This document shows positions 28,623 through 39,000 of a DNA stretch of 64,000 nt, piece after piece (within the stretch, counting starts at the first letter, position 1; each line of letters opens with the position of its first letter). The stretch covers positions 1,444 to 65,443 of the forward strand of contig JAZQOH010000053.1 of NCBI GenBank assembly GCA_045627725.1, given 5' to 3'. This DNA is from Prevotella sp. (lineage in GTDB: Bacteria; Bacteroidota; Bacteroidia; Bacteroidales; Bacteroidaceae). A program made the translations under genes and the position numbers. Under the pieces are notes generated by a model. The model saw only the letters and a program-made list of their open reading frames with translations. It had not been told where the DNA came from and ran no database searches.

Positions 28623-29651
28623 ATGAAAGTACTTTTTATTGGTGGTACGGGAACTATCAGTTCTGCTATCACACGTCTTGTTGCTCAAACGGAAGGTTGG
28701 GAACTCTATCTGCTCAATCGTGGAAACAGAAACAATGATCTACCATCCAACGTAAAGACAATAATTGCCGACATCAACGATGAAACCGCAGTCGCTGAAA
28801 CTATCAAGGGAATGAGGTTTGATGTGGTTTGTGATTTCATAGGCTTTGTTCCTGAGCAGGTAGAGCGTGATATCCGCCTTTTCAAGGGGAATACAGAACA
28901 ATATATGTATATTAGTTCTGCATCAGCATATCAGACACCATTGGCTACTCCGTATATTACAGAAGGCACACCGCTTTCAAATCCTCGTTGGGAATACTCA
29001 CGAAACAAGATTGCATGTGAAGAGTTGTTGATGCAAGAATATAGGGAGAATGGTTTTCCTATCACAATCATACGTCCAAGCCACACCTATTGTGAGCGTG
29101 GACTTCCTATTGCCGTTCATGGAAACAAAGGTTGCTGGCAGGTATTGAAGAGAATGCTTGAAGGCAAACCTGTTATCATTCCTGGTGATGGCACATCGTT
29201 GTGGACAGTTACTCATAATACGGATTTTGCCAAGGCTTTTGTAGGGCTTATGGGCAATAAACATGCCATTGGTGAAGTCTTCCATATTACAGGTGATGAG
29301 AGTCTTACATGGAATCAAATCTATGAGATCGTTGCCTATCATCTCGGAATAAAATTGAATCCTTACCATGTTTCTTCCGACTTCCTTGCAGAGGTAGGTA
29401 GCCAGTATGACCTTGAAGGAAATCTGCTTGGCGACAAAGCGTACACTGTGATATTCGATAATACAAAAGTTAAGCGAGCAGTACCTGGTTTCTGCGCAAC
29501 AACACGTTTTGACCAGGGTGCTCGCTTAGCTGTGGAATACATTCTTGCCCATAAGGAACTTCAAGTGGAAGAACCAGAGTTTGACGAATGGTGTGACCGA
29601 ATTATCGATGCAATTGAGAGTGCAAAAAGAATGTCAGGTATCAAGAAGTAA
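28623..29651 (+). CDS. NAD-dependent epimerase/dehydratase (atypical SDR)
   Basis: GGTGTISS, ISSASAY, YSRNK, RPSHTY. Confidence 0.88.
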   Translation: MKVLFIGGTGTISSAITRLVAQTEGWELYLLNRGNRNNDLPSNVKTIIADINDETAVAETIKGMRFDVVCDFIGFVPEQVERDIRLFKGNTEQYMYISSASAYQTPLATPYITEGTPLSNPRWEYSRNKIACEELLMQEYRENGFPITIIRPSHTYCERGLPIAVHGNKGCWQVLKRMLEGKPVIIPGDGTSLWTVTHNTDFAKAFVGLMGNKHAIGEVFHITGDESLTWNQIYEIVAYHLGIKLNPYHVSSDFLAEVGSQYDLEGNLLGDKAYTVIFDNTKVKRAVPGFCATTRFDQGARLAVEYILAHKELQVEEPEFDEWCDRIIDAIESAKRMSGIKK

Positions 29652-29667
29652 TCCGGATAATAACTGA

Positions 29668-30849
29668 TTATTTCTTTTGAAACAGGTTTGGGAGGAATCT
29701 GTAATAAAGGAGGTGACGCCATGTTGACCAATCGTGACCACCATGTCCACCAGCATAGTACTCATGCTTGATGTTGTGAGCTTTCAAGGCATCCACCAAT
29801 CCCTTTACGCGAACGTTGAAGAACCCGGATTCCTCTTCAGTACCCTGACCGACGAAAAGATAGTCAATCTTGTTGTTCACATTTTTTGTGTTCATGAAGG
29901 TTGGCATCGATTTGTTTGGCTCATTGTCGCCAGCACTCAGCACTCCGAAGTTTGCAAAGAGGTCGAGACATTGTTCCATTCCGCTGAACATAGTGTGTCG
30001 TCCTCCCATCGAAAGACCGGATATTGCTCGTCCGTGAGGATTGGCAATAGTGTTATAATGGCTATCAACAAAAGGTACGATGACCTCACGAAGCTCGCGA
30101 GCCATTACGTCGAAAGTTAAGTCAGCATGCTTCGGATGGTTGCGATGCACCACCTGATTATTTATGATTGCGATAATCATTGGTGTAGCTTTTCCTTCTG
30201 CGAGAAGGTTATCCATGATGAAGTTCACTCGTCCGTCATACATCCAGTTAGAAGGTAGTTCTCCACTTCCGCCCATGAGATAAAGTACAGGGTATTTTTT
30301 CTTCGGATCAAAAGTAGGAGGGGTATAGACATACATGTCGCGTTCACCTCCTGTAACCGAACTTGAATAGATGTGGCGAGTGATGGAACCATGTGGCACA
30401 GGCTTTGCATCATACCATTGTGGCTCTTTGCCATGAATGATAAGCTCGCTGTATGGAGGCATTGCCGTAAATGCAGCATAGGTATTGTTTGGATCAGCCA
30501 TGCTCACACCGTCTATGATGATGTTATACTGATACATATCTACGGGTAGTGGACCGATTTTCAACGTCCATATTCCATCTTCGCCCTTTGTAAAAGGAAG
30601 TGGATTCTTCTCGTGCATAACCGTTAGCATAGCTCCCGAAAGCTTCACTTCATTTGCTTTAGGTGCCTTGATGCGAAAGATGACGGTTTGGTCATCATTC
30701 ACCTGTGGAGAGTTCAGGGATGCACTGAAGGGGATAAGTCCTTCGGTATCCTTCTGAGGGTTATGACTCAGGTTTACGTTTGACTGCTGGGCATAGGCTA
30801 CTCCACACATTGCGAGTGAAAAAGCCAGGATCTGTAGTTCTCTTAGCAT
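29668..30849 (-). CDS. Secreted CE1-type esterase with N-terminal CBM48-like domain
   Basis: Signal peptide; FRIKAPKA..GIWT; GLSMGG nucleophile elbow; HDWSTW. Confidence 0.85.
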   Translation of the reverse strand: MLRELQILAFSLAMCGVAYAQQSNVNLSHNPQKDTEGLIPFSASLNSPQVNDDQTVIFRIKAPKANEVKLSGAMLTVMHEKNPLPFTKGEDGIWTLKIGPLPVDMYQYNIIIDGVSMADPNNTYAAFTAMPPYSELIIHGKEPQWYDAKPVPHGSITRHIYSSSVTGGERDMYVYTPPTFDPKKKYPVLYLMGGSGELPSNWMYDGRVNFIMDNLLAEGKATPMIIAIINNQVVHRNHPKHADLTFDVMARELREVIVPFVDSHYNTIANPHGRAISGLSMGGRHTMFSGMEQCLDLFANFGVLSAGDNEPNKSMPTFMNTKNVNNKIDYLFVGQGTEEESGFFNVRVKGLVDALKAHNIKHEYYAGGHGGHDWSTWRHLLYYRFLPNLFQKK

Positions 30850-30911
30850 AGTGATTTAGTGATGATGAAAATTTAACTTGGTCACGATTTGTGATGTAAG
30901 ATATTGTATGT

Positions 30912-33900
30912 TTAAGCATTAGGTAAGCGAAGCATTCCATCTGCATTCACTATCTTTCCTTCTGCTATCAATATTGCCAAAGCGTCGCTCAATGCCTTAT
31001 CCACCTTAGTTCCTCTGCGAGTGAAACCAAGTTTCTTTGCCACTATGAGCGTCAGGGCATCCGTATTTATCGAGAATTGCTCGGTTACCGATTCCGTGAT
31101 GGCATTCATCACCTCTATGAGCGGTATTTCCGTCACGTCTCTTCCGTTGTTCTTACGATAGCCCTTGAAAGCATTCCTGCTTTCCTCATCCGTCCAAACA
31201 ACCTTTGTTCCGCCCATATTCTCCACAAACATTGTTCGGTTGGCAATCTCAGTCACGGATGAGAGCATTGCTGGCGTTATTCTTGGCATTATCCTCAGAG
31301 TGCATACTTTCTTGCAGAGATACGTGAGTGTCATTGGCTGTTCGCATTTCAGGATATCCAAGGCAAGCTTCTCGTCAGACATCTTTGCCACATTGCTTTT
31401 CGCAACGTATTCGCGATAATCTTCCTCTTCACTCTTTATCTCCTCAATCGTTTCATTTGAAATATCGAAAACAGTTTTCTTCTCAGGTTCCACCCTTGCA
31501 GGTTTTTCCTTCATACATTGTTCTATGCGTGAGATTACTCGTTCAGGGTTATTGAGCCAGTCAACGCTCCATATCCTCATGATATTCCAATTGAGCATTC
31601 GCAATACCGATGGCTGAACTATCTCGCGGTCACGAGTTGTCTGTGTCTGGTGATAGCCTTCTCCATCGAGCAGAAGTCCAAGGCTATAGTTCTCTGAATC
31701 AGCATCTTCGCTAATGGCAACGTCAACCTTGAAGTTAGAACGTCCAATGTTTGTATTAGCCGCATATCCTTTCTTTCTCAATGCGTTAGCAATCTGTTCT
31801 GCTATTACTGAGTCTGATGTCTTTGTGTTTGTGCTTGTTGACTGAACGAGAACCTGCTGCTCGGCATATTCGAGGAAATGCTTCAAGCCTTCCACACCCT
31901 TTGCCTTCGAGCGACGCAAATCTATCTGTGAAGCCTTCAGCGCAGAGAATACAAGCATTTCCCTTCTTGCACGGCTCACGGCAACGTTCAGTCGTCTCTC
32001 GCCACCTACATTGTTGAGAGGACCGAAATTCATCGATACCTTGCCATCCTTGTCAGGGCCATAGCCGATGGAGAACATGATAATGTCACGTTCATCACCT
32101 TGCACATTCTCCAGATTCTTTACGAAAATCGGCTCATACATTTCATCGGCTGCCTCACGAAGTTTCTTGTTCTTCTCAAGCAGGTCGATGAGCATATCTT
32201 CGATAAGGTTCTGCTGAACTACGCTGAAAGCGATAACGCCAATGCTCAGGTCGGCATGGTCAGGCATTTCCAATCTGCGAGCAATTTCCTTCACTATAGC
32301 CTCTGCCTCCTTCTTGTTTGACCTGCGGCCTCCCTTGTCGTAAACACCATCCACATAATGGTATTTCACCTTCGTTGTCTGATCATCAACGGAAGGGAAA
32401 GTAATCAGAGTGCCATCATAATACTCATTGTTCGAGAATGCGATAAGCGACTCATGCTTAGAGCGATAGTGCCAGTTGAGCTGAAGCGAAGGAATTTCCA
32501 ACGTACGACAATCTTCGAGGATGCTCTCCATGTCATCAAGATCTGCCTCGTCCTCACTAACGCTTGTGGAACTGAAGAAACTCGTTGGAGGCATCTGCTT
32601 TGGGTCACCGACCACGATGACAGCCTTTCCTCTTGCTATTGCGCCAACAGCTTCACATGTAGGCATCTGTGACGCCTCGTCGAACACCACAAGGTCAAAC
32701 TTATCCTGTGAGAGGTCAAGGAACTGTGCCACAGACATAGGGCTCATCAGCATGCAAGGGCAGAGACGTGGAAGCAGGGTAGGAATCTGATCCATAAGGT
32801 CGCGTAGAGACAAACCGCGTCCACCATTTGAGATGTTACGATTAAGAAGACCTATCTCGCTGCTATTGTCTATATTGTCCGTCACGTGAGGTATCTGCGA
32901 AGCAAGACGTGCATAGAGTTCCTTCTGGCTCAGCATCTGGAAATCATCTGTCAGTTTCTGGTATCTTGAAACCGTCTCATCAAAGATTGTTCCCTCAAAA
33001 GTGCGGAGCAATGATGACTGGGAAATCTTCTCGTTGGCAAGGCTCTTGAACATGCTCTTGAAGAACGAGTCGCACAATGTGCCAGGCATAATCTCGCAAC
33101 TCTCTATCTTCTTGGCAATGACATTGAAACCGACTTCTGAGAGTTCCTGCTTATATGCGCACCATTGATACCAGTCGCGGGCTTTGTCCGTATGCCTTGT
33201 CCATTCCGTCAACTTTGCCACGAGTTTGTCGAGCACATCCGTAGAAGGAAGCACGTCGTCGGTTGTGTTGATGTCAAAGTATCTGTTGATGGTTTCGTTG
33301 ATGCTCTTTATCTCAAGATGCAGTTTCTGGTAATCCATCAGTTTCGTAAGGAATCCGTCAATATCCTGCTCTATAATCAGTTTGTTGTATTCACGTATCT
33401 TACTGATATACTTCCTCTTGGCAAAGAAACGTGGGATAAACCATTTTGCCTTCACCTCTCTCCATTCCTGATACAGAGCATCTGCATTTTCGTTGAAGAT
33501 TCCCTCATTGCAGTCGCGCATTATCTCGCTTCTCAAGCTTGATGCATCCGACAGTTTGTTCCAATCGTTGATGCCTGCCTGTATTCTTTCTGCAGCATCC
33601 TTCATCCTTACGGATAGCTGCGAGATGTCTGCGAGGTCGCTCTCGTCTATCATAAGCCCGTTGAGCGGATGCTTTGAAGGTTGACCGACAAGGTTTACAA
33701 TGGCATTGAACTTGTCAATCAGCAGATGATTATAGGTGTCAATCTCCCTAATGTTGAATTTCTCCCTCAGTTCCCTGTCATTGGTGTCGATGTCAAGTTC
33801 TGGTGCGTCAATGGATTCATACCTTACGATGCAGTCATAGAGCGACATACCGTCACCGCCTTTCGTATCATGCAGCGCTTCCATGTATTCTATGAGCTTT

Positions 33901-36230
33901 GTGCGCTGTTCATAGAGTTGCTCTGCTACTCGTGCATATTCTTCTGGTTTTACTATGTGGGTAACGCCAAGAGCCAGTTTCATTTGTTCCAAAACGTGAC
34001 GCTTGGTAATCTTGTTTGAATGCATCTCAAGGCAGAAAGGAGCAAGTCCTATCTTCTCCAGACGATTCTGCACAACGCTGAGAGCTGCCATCTTCTCTGC
34101 CACGAACAATACTCGCTTGCCCTGGTATAAAGCGTTGGCTATGAGGTTGGTAATTGTCTGCGACTTACCCGTTCCCGGAGGGCCATAGAGAATGAACGAG
34201 TGTCCCTTGCCACCCTCAATGACGGCTGCCATCTGTGATGAGTCAACTGATACCGGCAAGGAAAGGCTGTCGGGTTTCTGCGATTTGTCAGTCTCTTTCA
34301 GGTCGGAAATCACGGGTGTAGGAGTGAATGCCAACTTCTGTTCTGCAAGGCTTCTCACGATTTCGCTATCTAGCAATTCCTGTCTGTGGTTGTGGATATC
34401 ATTCCACATGAGGAACTTACTGAAAGAGAACACGCCCAGTATTGCCTCTTCTTCCACGTCCCATCGCTTCTTGTTCTTCAATGCTTCGCGGATGATGGCA
34501 AATATCATGGTCACGTCAACGCCATGCTCATCCCTTGGCAGAGGATTAAGTCCTGGAATGCTAATGTCATAGTTCTGGCGTAGAAACTCTATCAAGGTGA
34601 TGTTTAGCGAGATGTCTTCATCCCTTGTCCTGATGTAGTGTTCACCTTTCTTATAAAGAATATCAACTGGAAGCATGAGGATAGGAGCATAACGAGGTTT
34701 CTCGCTCAGTTCCGTCTCAAACCAGCGAAGAGTGCCGATGGCGAGATACAAGGCATTAGCACCTGTCTCTTCTATTGCGTTTCGCGAAGCTCGGTAGATA
34801 TTCTTCAGCGTGTTGCGAGTTTCCAGTTCCGTCATGTAGGAATGGAGAATGTGATGCTTTATGTCATTGGAAATCAGTTCATGAAGCTCTGGCATCATCT
34901 TCGAGCGCACCAGTCGCTCATCATCCGGTATTCTCAGGTCGATGTTTGGTTTTGGAGAAATTACATATTCCTCTCCGTCTTGCAGATGGTCTTCTATCAG
35001 GTTCACGTCAAACGATATGAACTGTATGGCTTTCTGTCTCAGATAAAGATTGAGCATGGAGTTGCGTAGCGAGAAGTCGAGCAGTTTCCTTTCCCATAAA
35101 TCCATCTTCGTCAATTCTCGCTTGCTCTCCATCACTTTGCTCAGGTCATAGCGCGAATGCTCCTTCACGTTAAGTACACACTCGTCATGCTCCACTCCGG
35201 CGGTGTCTATCTCCCATGCTCCGTTGTCCTGTATTTTGAATGGAAGAGGCAATATCCTTTCGAGGCGGCATCTGCGAATGTCGATGAACATCTCAAACAT
35301 GCTGAGGTCGGCAAGATTCTTCTCTGCTAATCTCTGTGCTTCCTCAAACGATGTGTTCTCGGATGTTATCCTTGTACATTCCAGCACGAGCATCTCATCA
35401 ATGCCTTCTGAGCATTTCTTCTCCACGTATGACGGGTCGTCGCAAACGCTATACTGACAGCAATCATCTACGAGCCACACTGCAAGATAGGCATGTCCCT
35501 GCTGGATGATGACGCCTGAGTTGATGCCGATACTTTCCAGCACGCTTGCAAAGAGCAAGGTCAGTTCAATACAGTTGCCGAGTTTTGAGGCGAGCACCTG
35601 ATGGGGTAGGGTGATTCTCTGACCAACATCCTCGTATGATGCAGGCATAGAGCGATATACGATGCTTTCGGCATGGAGTGCACCATATACGGCTGCCACC
35701 TGCTTCCTTACCTCAGTAGTGTTTCCTGTCTGGTATTCAGTGAATTGCGATGAGTTGGAAAGTTCCTTCAGTATCTGTGCCGCCTTAACGATTACGTTGT
35801 TTATTGCCGGATGGTTTGGTATCACGAAAGAGGCGAGACATTGAGGCAGAATGCTTGTGCCAAGCCATTGATTGTATGGCATTACTTCTATCTGATAATC
35901 CTGTGAATGTACTTCCGCTGCCTCTCCGTTGTTTTCCTTGGCAATGACCTTGATATTAAAGGTTGTCAGCGTCTTTTCCGTGATGGAAGCCACCTTCTCT
36001 GGCGAAGGTTGCAGGTCGATGCCTTGCAATCTCACCGAACTTCTTGCCTTTATCACGTCTGTTGCAACTGAACGTGTGGTATTGAAAAATTCACCTCCAC
36101 ATTCTATTATGACGTCTCGCAAACCTACATTGCTCTTGTTTCTTATCTCTATTGACTGGCAGATACCTATTCTGTTGTTTACGAGCGAATAGTTTATTGC
36201 AGGAAGAAATTCAATCTTTAGTTCTATCAT
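30912..36230 (-). CDS. DUF4011 / SF1 helicase / Vsr-like endonuclease / DUF3320 protein (Hhe-like)
   Basis: WERKLLDFSLRNSMLN, GPPGTGKSQTITN, DEASQ, VGDPKQMPP, HYRS, VQGDERD, RLNVAVSRAR, and C-terminal VDVA..LDG..YH..RDR..W..RIWSVDW. Own -7 element (CAAAGGTA at 36291-36298). Confidence 0.88.
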   Translation of the reverse strand: MIELKIEFLPAINYSLVNNRIGICQSIEIRNKSNVGLRDVIIECGGEFFNTTRSVATDVIKARSSVRLQGIDLQPSPEKVASITEKTLTTFNIKVIAKENNGEAAEVHSQDYQIEVMPYNQWLGTSILPQCLASFVIPNHPAINNVIVKAAQILKELSNSSQFTEYQTGNTTEVRKQVAAVYGALHAESIVYRSMPASYEDVGQRITLPHQVLASKLGNCIELTLLFASVLESIGINSGVIIQQGHAYLAVWLVDDCCQYSVCDDPSYVEKKCSEGIDEMLVLECTRITSENTSFEEAQRLAEKNLADLSMFEMFIDIRRCRLERILPLPFKIQDNGAWEIDTAGVEHDECVLNVKEHSRYDLSKVMESKRELTKMDLWERKLLDFSLRNSMLNLYLRQKAIQFISFDVNLIEDHLQDGEEYVISPKPNIDLRIPDDERLVRSKMMPELHELISNDIKHHILHSYMTELETRNTLKNIYRASRNAIEETGANALYLAIGTLRWFETELSEKPRYAPILMLPVDILYKKGEHYIRTRDEDISLNITLIEFLRQNYDISIPGLNPLPRDEHGVDVTMIFAIIREALKNKKRWDVEEEAILGVFSFSKFLMWNDIHNHRQELLDSEIVRSLAEQKLAFTPTPVISDLKETDKSQKPDSLSLPVSVDSSQMAAVIEGGKGHSFILYGPPGTGKSQTITNLIANALYQGKRVLFVAEKMAALSVVQNRLEKIGLAPFCLEMHSNKITKRHVLEQMKLALGVTHIVKPEEYARVAEQLYEQRTKLIEYMEALHDTKGGDGMSLYDCIVRYESIDAPELDIDTNDRELREKFNIREIDTYNHLLIDKFNAIVNLVGQPSKHPLNGLMIDESDLADISQLSVRMKDAAERIQAGINDWNKLSDASSLRSEIMRDCNEGIFNENADALYQEWREVKAKWFIPRFFAKRKYISKIREYNKLIIEQDIDGFLTKLMDYQKLHLEIKSINETINRYFDINTTDDVLPSTDVLDKLVAKLTEWTRHTDKARDWYQWCAYKQELSEVGFNVIAKKIESCEIMPGTLCDSFFKSMFKSLANEKISQSSLLRTFEGTIFDETVSRYQKLTDDFQMLSQKELYARLASQIPHVTDNIDNSSEIGLLNRNISNGGRGLSLRDLMDQIPTLLPRLCPCMLMSPMSVAQFLDLSQDKFDLVVFDEASQMPTCEAVGAIARGKAVIVVGDPKQMPPTSFFSSTSVSEDEADLDDMESILEDCRTLEIPSLQLNWHYRSKHESLIAFSNNEYYDGTLITFPSVDDQTTKVKYHYVDGVYDKGGRRSNKKEAEAIVKEIARRLEMPDHADLSIGVIAFSVVQQNLIEDMLIDLLEKNKKLREAADEMYEPIFVKNLENVQGDERDIIMFSIGYGPDKDGKVSMNFGPLNNVGGERRLNVAVSRARREMLVFSALKASQIDLRRSKAKGVEGLKHFLEYAEQQVLVQSTSTNTKTSDSVIAEQIANALRKKGYAANTNIGRSNFKVDVAISEDADSENYSLGLLLDGEGYHQTQTTRDREIVQPSVLRMLNWNIMRIWSVDWLNNPERVISRIEQCMKEKPARVEPEKKTVFDISNETIEEIKSEEEDYREYVAKSNVAKMSDEKLALDILKCEQPMTLTYLCKKVCTLRIMPRITPAMLSSVTEIANRTMFVENMGGTKVVWTDEESRNAFKGYRKNNGRDVTEIPLIEVMNAITESVTEQFSINTDALTLIVAKKLGFTRRGTKVDKALSDALAILIAEGKIVNADGMLRLPNA

Positions 36231-36498
36231 GATTTAATGCCTCTTTTCTCTATTTTTTTTCAGTTGTGGATACTTTAGTTAAATTTATTACAAAGGTACG
36301 AATTTATTTTCATACTTCCAAATAACTCCTGAGAAATTAATTGTGAGTTTCTATCAAACAGACGTTCAACCCTCGGGAAAAGTATTGCATAATATCATAA
36401 TATTTCGTAACTTTGCGCTTAGTTTCTATCGCTATTAATCAGTTGTTAATGTATGAGGTGCCAAAAATATGATTATTAATCTAAAAGTAGAATGTTTT

Positions 36499-36810
36499 TC
36501 ATGATGGAAGAACACCTTCCGATTGGAGTAGTTTTATTTTCTTCTCTATCATTTCTCCGTCACGTTTACCGTGAAATCCTCCGATGCTTCCGTTGGAATT
36601 GATTACTCTATGGCATGGGACATCAGGAGCAAAGGGATTACGCTTTAGTGCCTGACCAATCGCCTGGGCACTCTTACATCCAATTCTTTCTCCTAGTTCC
36701 TTATACGAGATAGTCGCACCACGAGGTACGTCTAATAAAGCAAGATATACTTTACGTTGGAATTCCGTGATGCGATTGTCTTGTTCTACAATTCTGCGTA
36801 TGTCAGTCAT
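36499..36810 (-). CDS. ogt: Methylated-DNA--protein-cysteine methyltransferase, single-domain
   Basis: VPRGATISYKELG, AIGQAL..NP, PCHRV active site. Confidence 0.88.
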   Translation of the reverse strand: MTDIRRIVEQDNRITEFQRKVYLALLDVPRGATISYKELGERIGCKSAQAIGQALKRNPFAPDVPCHRVINSNGSIGGFHGKRDGEMIEKKIKLLQSEGVLPS

Positions 36811-36857
36811 AGATTAATCTCATTATATTTTCGCTTGCAGCAAACAGCAAGTATTCA

Positions 36858-37712
36858 TTAAATAATTACGTTGTCCCCACAAGCAAGATATTCAATCTGT
36901 GTTCCCATTATAGACTTTAGTTTCTTGTATTGTTCCTCACCGGTACAATGCATGGTATAGAACATAGTATCTTTGTATTTCAAAAGTTCAGAAGCCAGGT
37001 TGGATATGAAAGAATCCTCTTCCGTTTCATTTAATCCACTCTTTACGAGGTGCATACCGGCAAACACGTGAGTAGGTGCTTTTCCTGCTATCTCCTCTGC
37101 TTTTCTAATTATGTTCACTATACCACGATGAGCACAACCGGCAAAGAGTATTATCTTGTCCGCTTCTCTTATTATCAGGCTCTGCTCATGACGGAAGTCA
37201 TCATTCTCCGTTTCTGTAGGACCGAACAATAACCTGTTACCAAAAGGATAGCAGCAGTTGCCTTGTACATCGGCAAAGAGCGTCATGTCATGGTCAATTT
37301 CTGTTTGCTTGCCGCAGAACACAAGACGTTCATATTTTGCCCAATCCTTGTCTATGCCAATAAAACGCAACCCACTTTCTCTTAACGAATAGTGTGGTTG
37401 GAAAGCATCCTTGTGGATATATACATCTGCCTTGCTGTTCTCCTGAAAGAATGTCTTCAAACCACCTCCATGATCATAATGTCCATGCGAAATTACCGCA
37501 ACATCCACGTCTGCAATACTAAGTCCAAGAGACTTTGCATTGCTTACGAACATACCACTGAGCCCCATGTCGAACAAGACTTTCAGTTCATCATTCTTGT
37601 GCTCCAGTAGGTGTTCAGGCACAGAGTGGTACTTTTCTATGTAAAGACTAAGTCCATGTTCTACATGAAGTCCCTTATTGCTGATATTTTCTATAATGGA
37701 TGTTATTCTCAT
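36858..37712 (-). CDS. MBL-fold metallo-hydrolase
   Basis: EHGLSLYIE, VLFDMG, SHGHYDHGGG, GCAHRG, HCTG. Confidence 0.88.
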   Translation of the reverse strand: MRITSIIENISNKGLHVEHGLSLYIEKYHSVPEHLLEHKNDELKVLFDMGLSGMFVSNAKSLGLSIADVDVAVISHGHYDHGGGLKTFFQENSKADVYIHKDAFQPHYSLRESGLRFIGIDKDWAKYERLVFCGKQTEIDHDMTLFADVQGNCCYPFGNRLLFGPTETENDDFRHEQSLIIREADKIILFAGCAHRGIVNIIRKAEEIAGKAPTHVFAGMHLVKSGLNETEEDSFISNLASELLKYKDTMFYTMHCTGEEQYKKLKSIMGTQIEYLACGDNVII

Positions 37713-37725
37713 TTTTTGACTTGCT

Positions 37726-38283
37726 TCATTTTACCCAAACAACGAAGTCTTCCTTTCTTGGTGCCTGAGGTTTCAATGCATCAGGTGCAGCATAACCGAG
37801 GATGCAGTTGCCAATGCCCACATATTCGTCCTCGACACCAAGTTCTGCGAGTATCTGCTTACCTTCTTCCGTTTCGAAGGTCTCCTTTGCACGGTGAATC
37901 CAGCACGAGCCAAGACCGAGGCTCTGTGCAGCTATCATCATATTCTCCATCACAAGAGTGCCGTCGTATAGGTGAGTTCCGACTTCTTTTTTTGCCAGCA
38001 CAACAAGTACGACAGGTGCTCCATAGAAAGGATCGCTATGTCCTGACGATGTGGTGAGATTCTTTCCCGTTATGATTTCGAGGTTTATGCGACTAAGGCG
38101 GTCGCGCATTTCCTTATTCATTACTGCAATAATCTTTCCAGCCTGTTTGTTCATGCCGGAAGGAGCGTATGTGCCTGCCTTTACTACTTGTTCAACGAGT
38201 TCGAGTGGAACCTGTTGATCTGTGTATTTCTTCACGCTTCGACGCGAGATAATATTTTCAATTGTCTGATTCATATTTGTCAT
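37726..38283 (-). CDS. Nitroreductase family protein
   Basis: RRSVKKY, APSGMNKQ, AQSLGLGSCWI, LGY. Confidence 0.9.
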   Translation of the reverse strand: MTNMNQTIENIISRRSVKKYTDQQVPLELVEQVVKAGTYAPSGMNKQAGKIIAVMNKEMRDRLSRINLEIITGKNLTTSSGHSDPFYGAPVVLVVLAKKEVGTHLYDGTLVMENMMIAAQSLGLGSCWIHRAKETFETEEGKQILAELGVEDEYVGIGNCILGYAAPDALKPQAPRKEDFVVWVK

Positions 38284-38285
38284 AA

Positions 38286-38999
38286 TTATTCTTCATCTGG
38301 TTGTTGACCGTCATGAGCCTTCCATGCGCATTCTGTCAATTGCATATTTGTGAATGTTGCCTTAAAGGACGACTCCTCTGGTGAACAAGCATAAATACCA
38401 AAACTTACTTCTTCCTTAGCTTCGTACATGTGGCAGACACGCATTTGGCTCCACTCCTTACCATCCGTTGAGCACTCAATGCAGAAATCATCCTCTCGGC
38501 GTGAGAGACGATACCACATGCTCTTTACGTCAGCAGGGATGGCTGTTGTTGCCCAGTCGCTGTAGCCGTGGTTAGTTGCCACACTACCAAGATGCTGGAA
38601 TTCCTCATTCTCATATTCAATGCTTCCCTTAAGCCAGTTTTCTGAGTCGAGATACATAACAACGCCACATTGGTCGAAACGATGATGACTCTCAGCAAAG
38701 TCTGTCTTCACGATGAAACTAAAGAACTTCTCCTTGGTCTTCATCTGGAAGACTGGAGCATTGTCGTTCTGGAAATGGTAATAGGTGCGTTGCCAAAGGT
38801 CTGTGTGAGGTTTGGTCACAACGTCTATGGTATCACCTTTTATAATACATGATTCCGGATCACGTGTCCACTGAAAATCTTCGATGTTGAGTGTCATAGT
38901 ACTCTTTGTTTCTACGTTGTTGATTGCTGTCTTTTTTTCTTTGTTATCGCAACTTGCAAGCAGGGCAAGCATGGCGAATGATAAAAATAGGTGTTTCAT
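38286..38999 (-). CDS. DUF1349 (ConA-like beta-sandwich) lipoprotein
   Basis: Lipobox LLASC; TDLWQRTYY, FDQCG..WLKGSIE, GIYACSP. Confidence 0.8.
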   Translation of the reverse strand: MKHLFLSFAMLALLASCDNKEKKTAINNVETKSTMTLNIEDFQWTRDPESCIIKGDTIDVVTKPHTDLWQRTYYHFQNDNAPVFQMKTKEKFFSFIVKTDFAESHHRFDQCGVVMYLDSENWLKGSIEYENEEFQHLGSVATNHGYSDWATTAIPADVKSMWYRLSRREDDFCIECSTDGKEWSQMRVCHMYEAKEEVSFGIYACSPEESSFKATFTNMQLTECAWKAHDGQQPDEE

Positions 39000-39000
39000 A

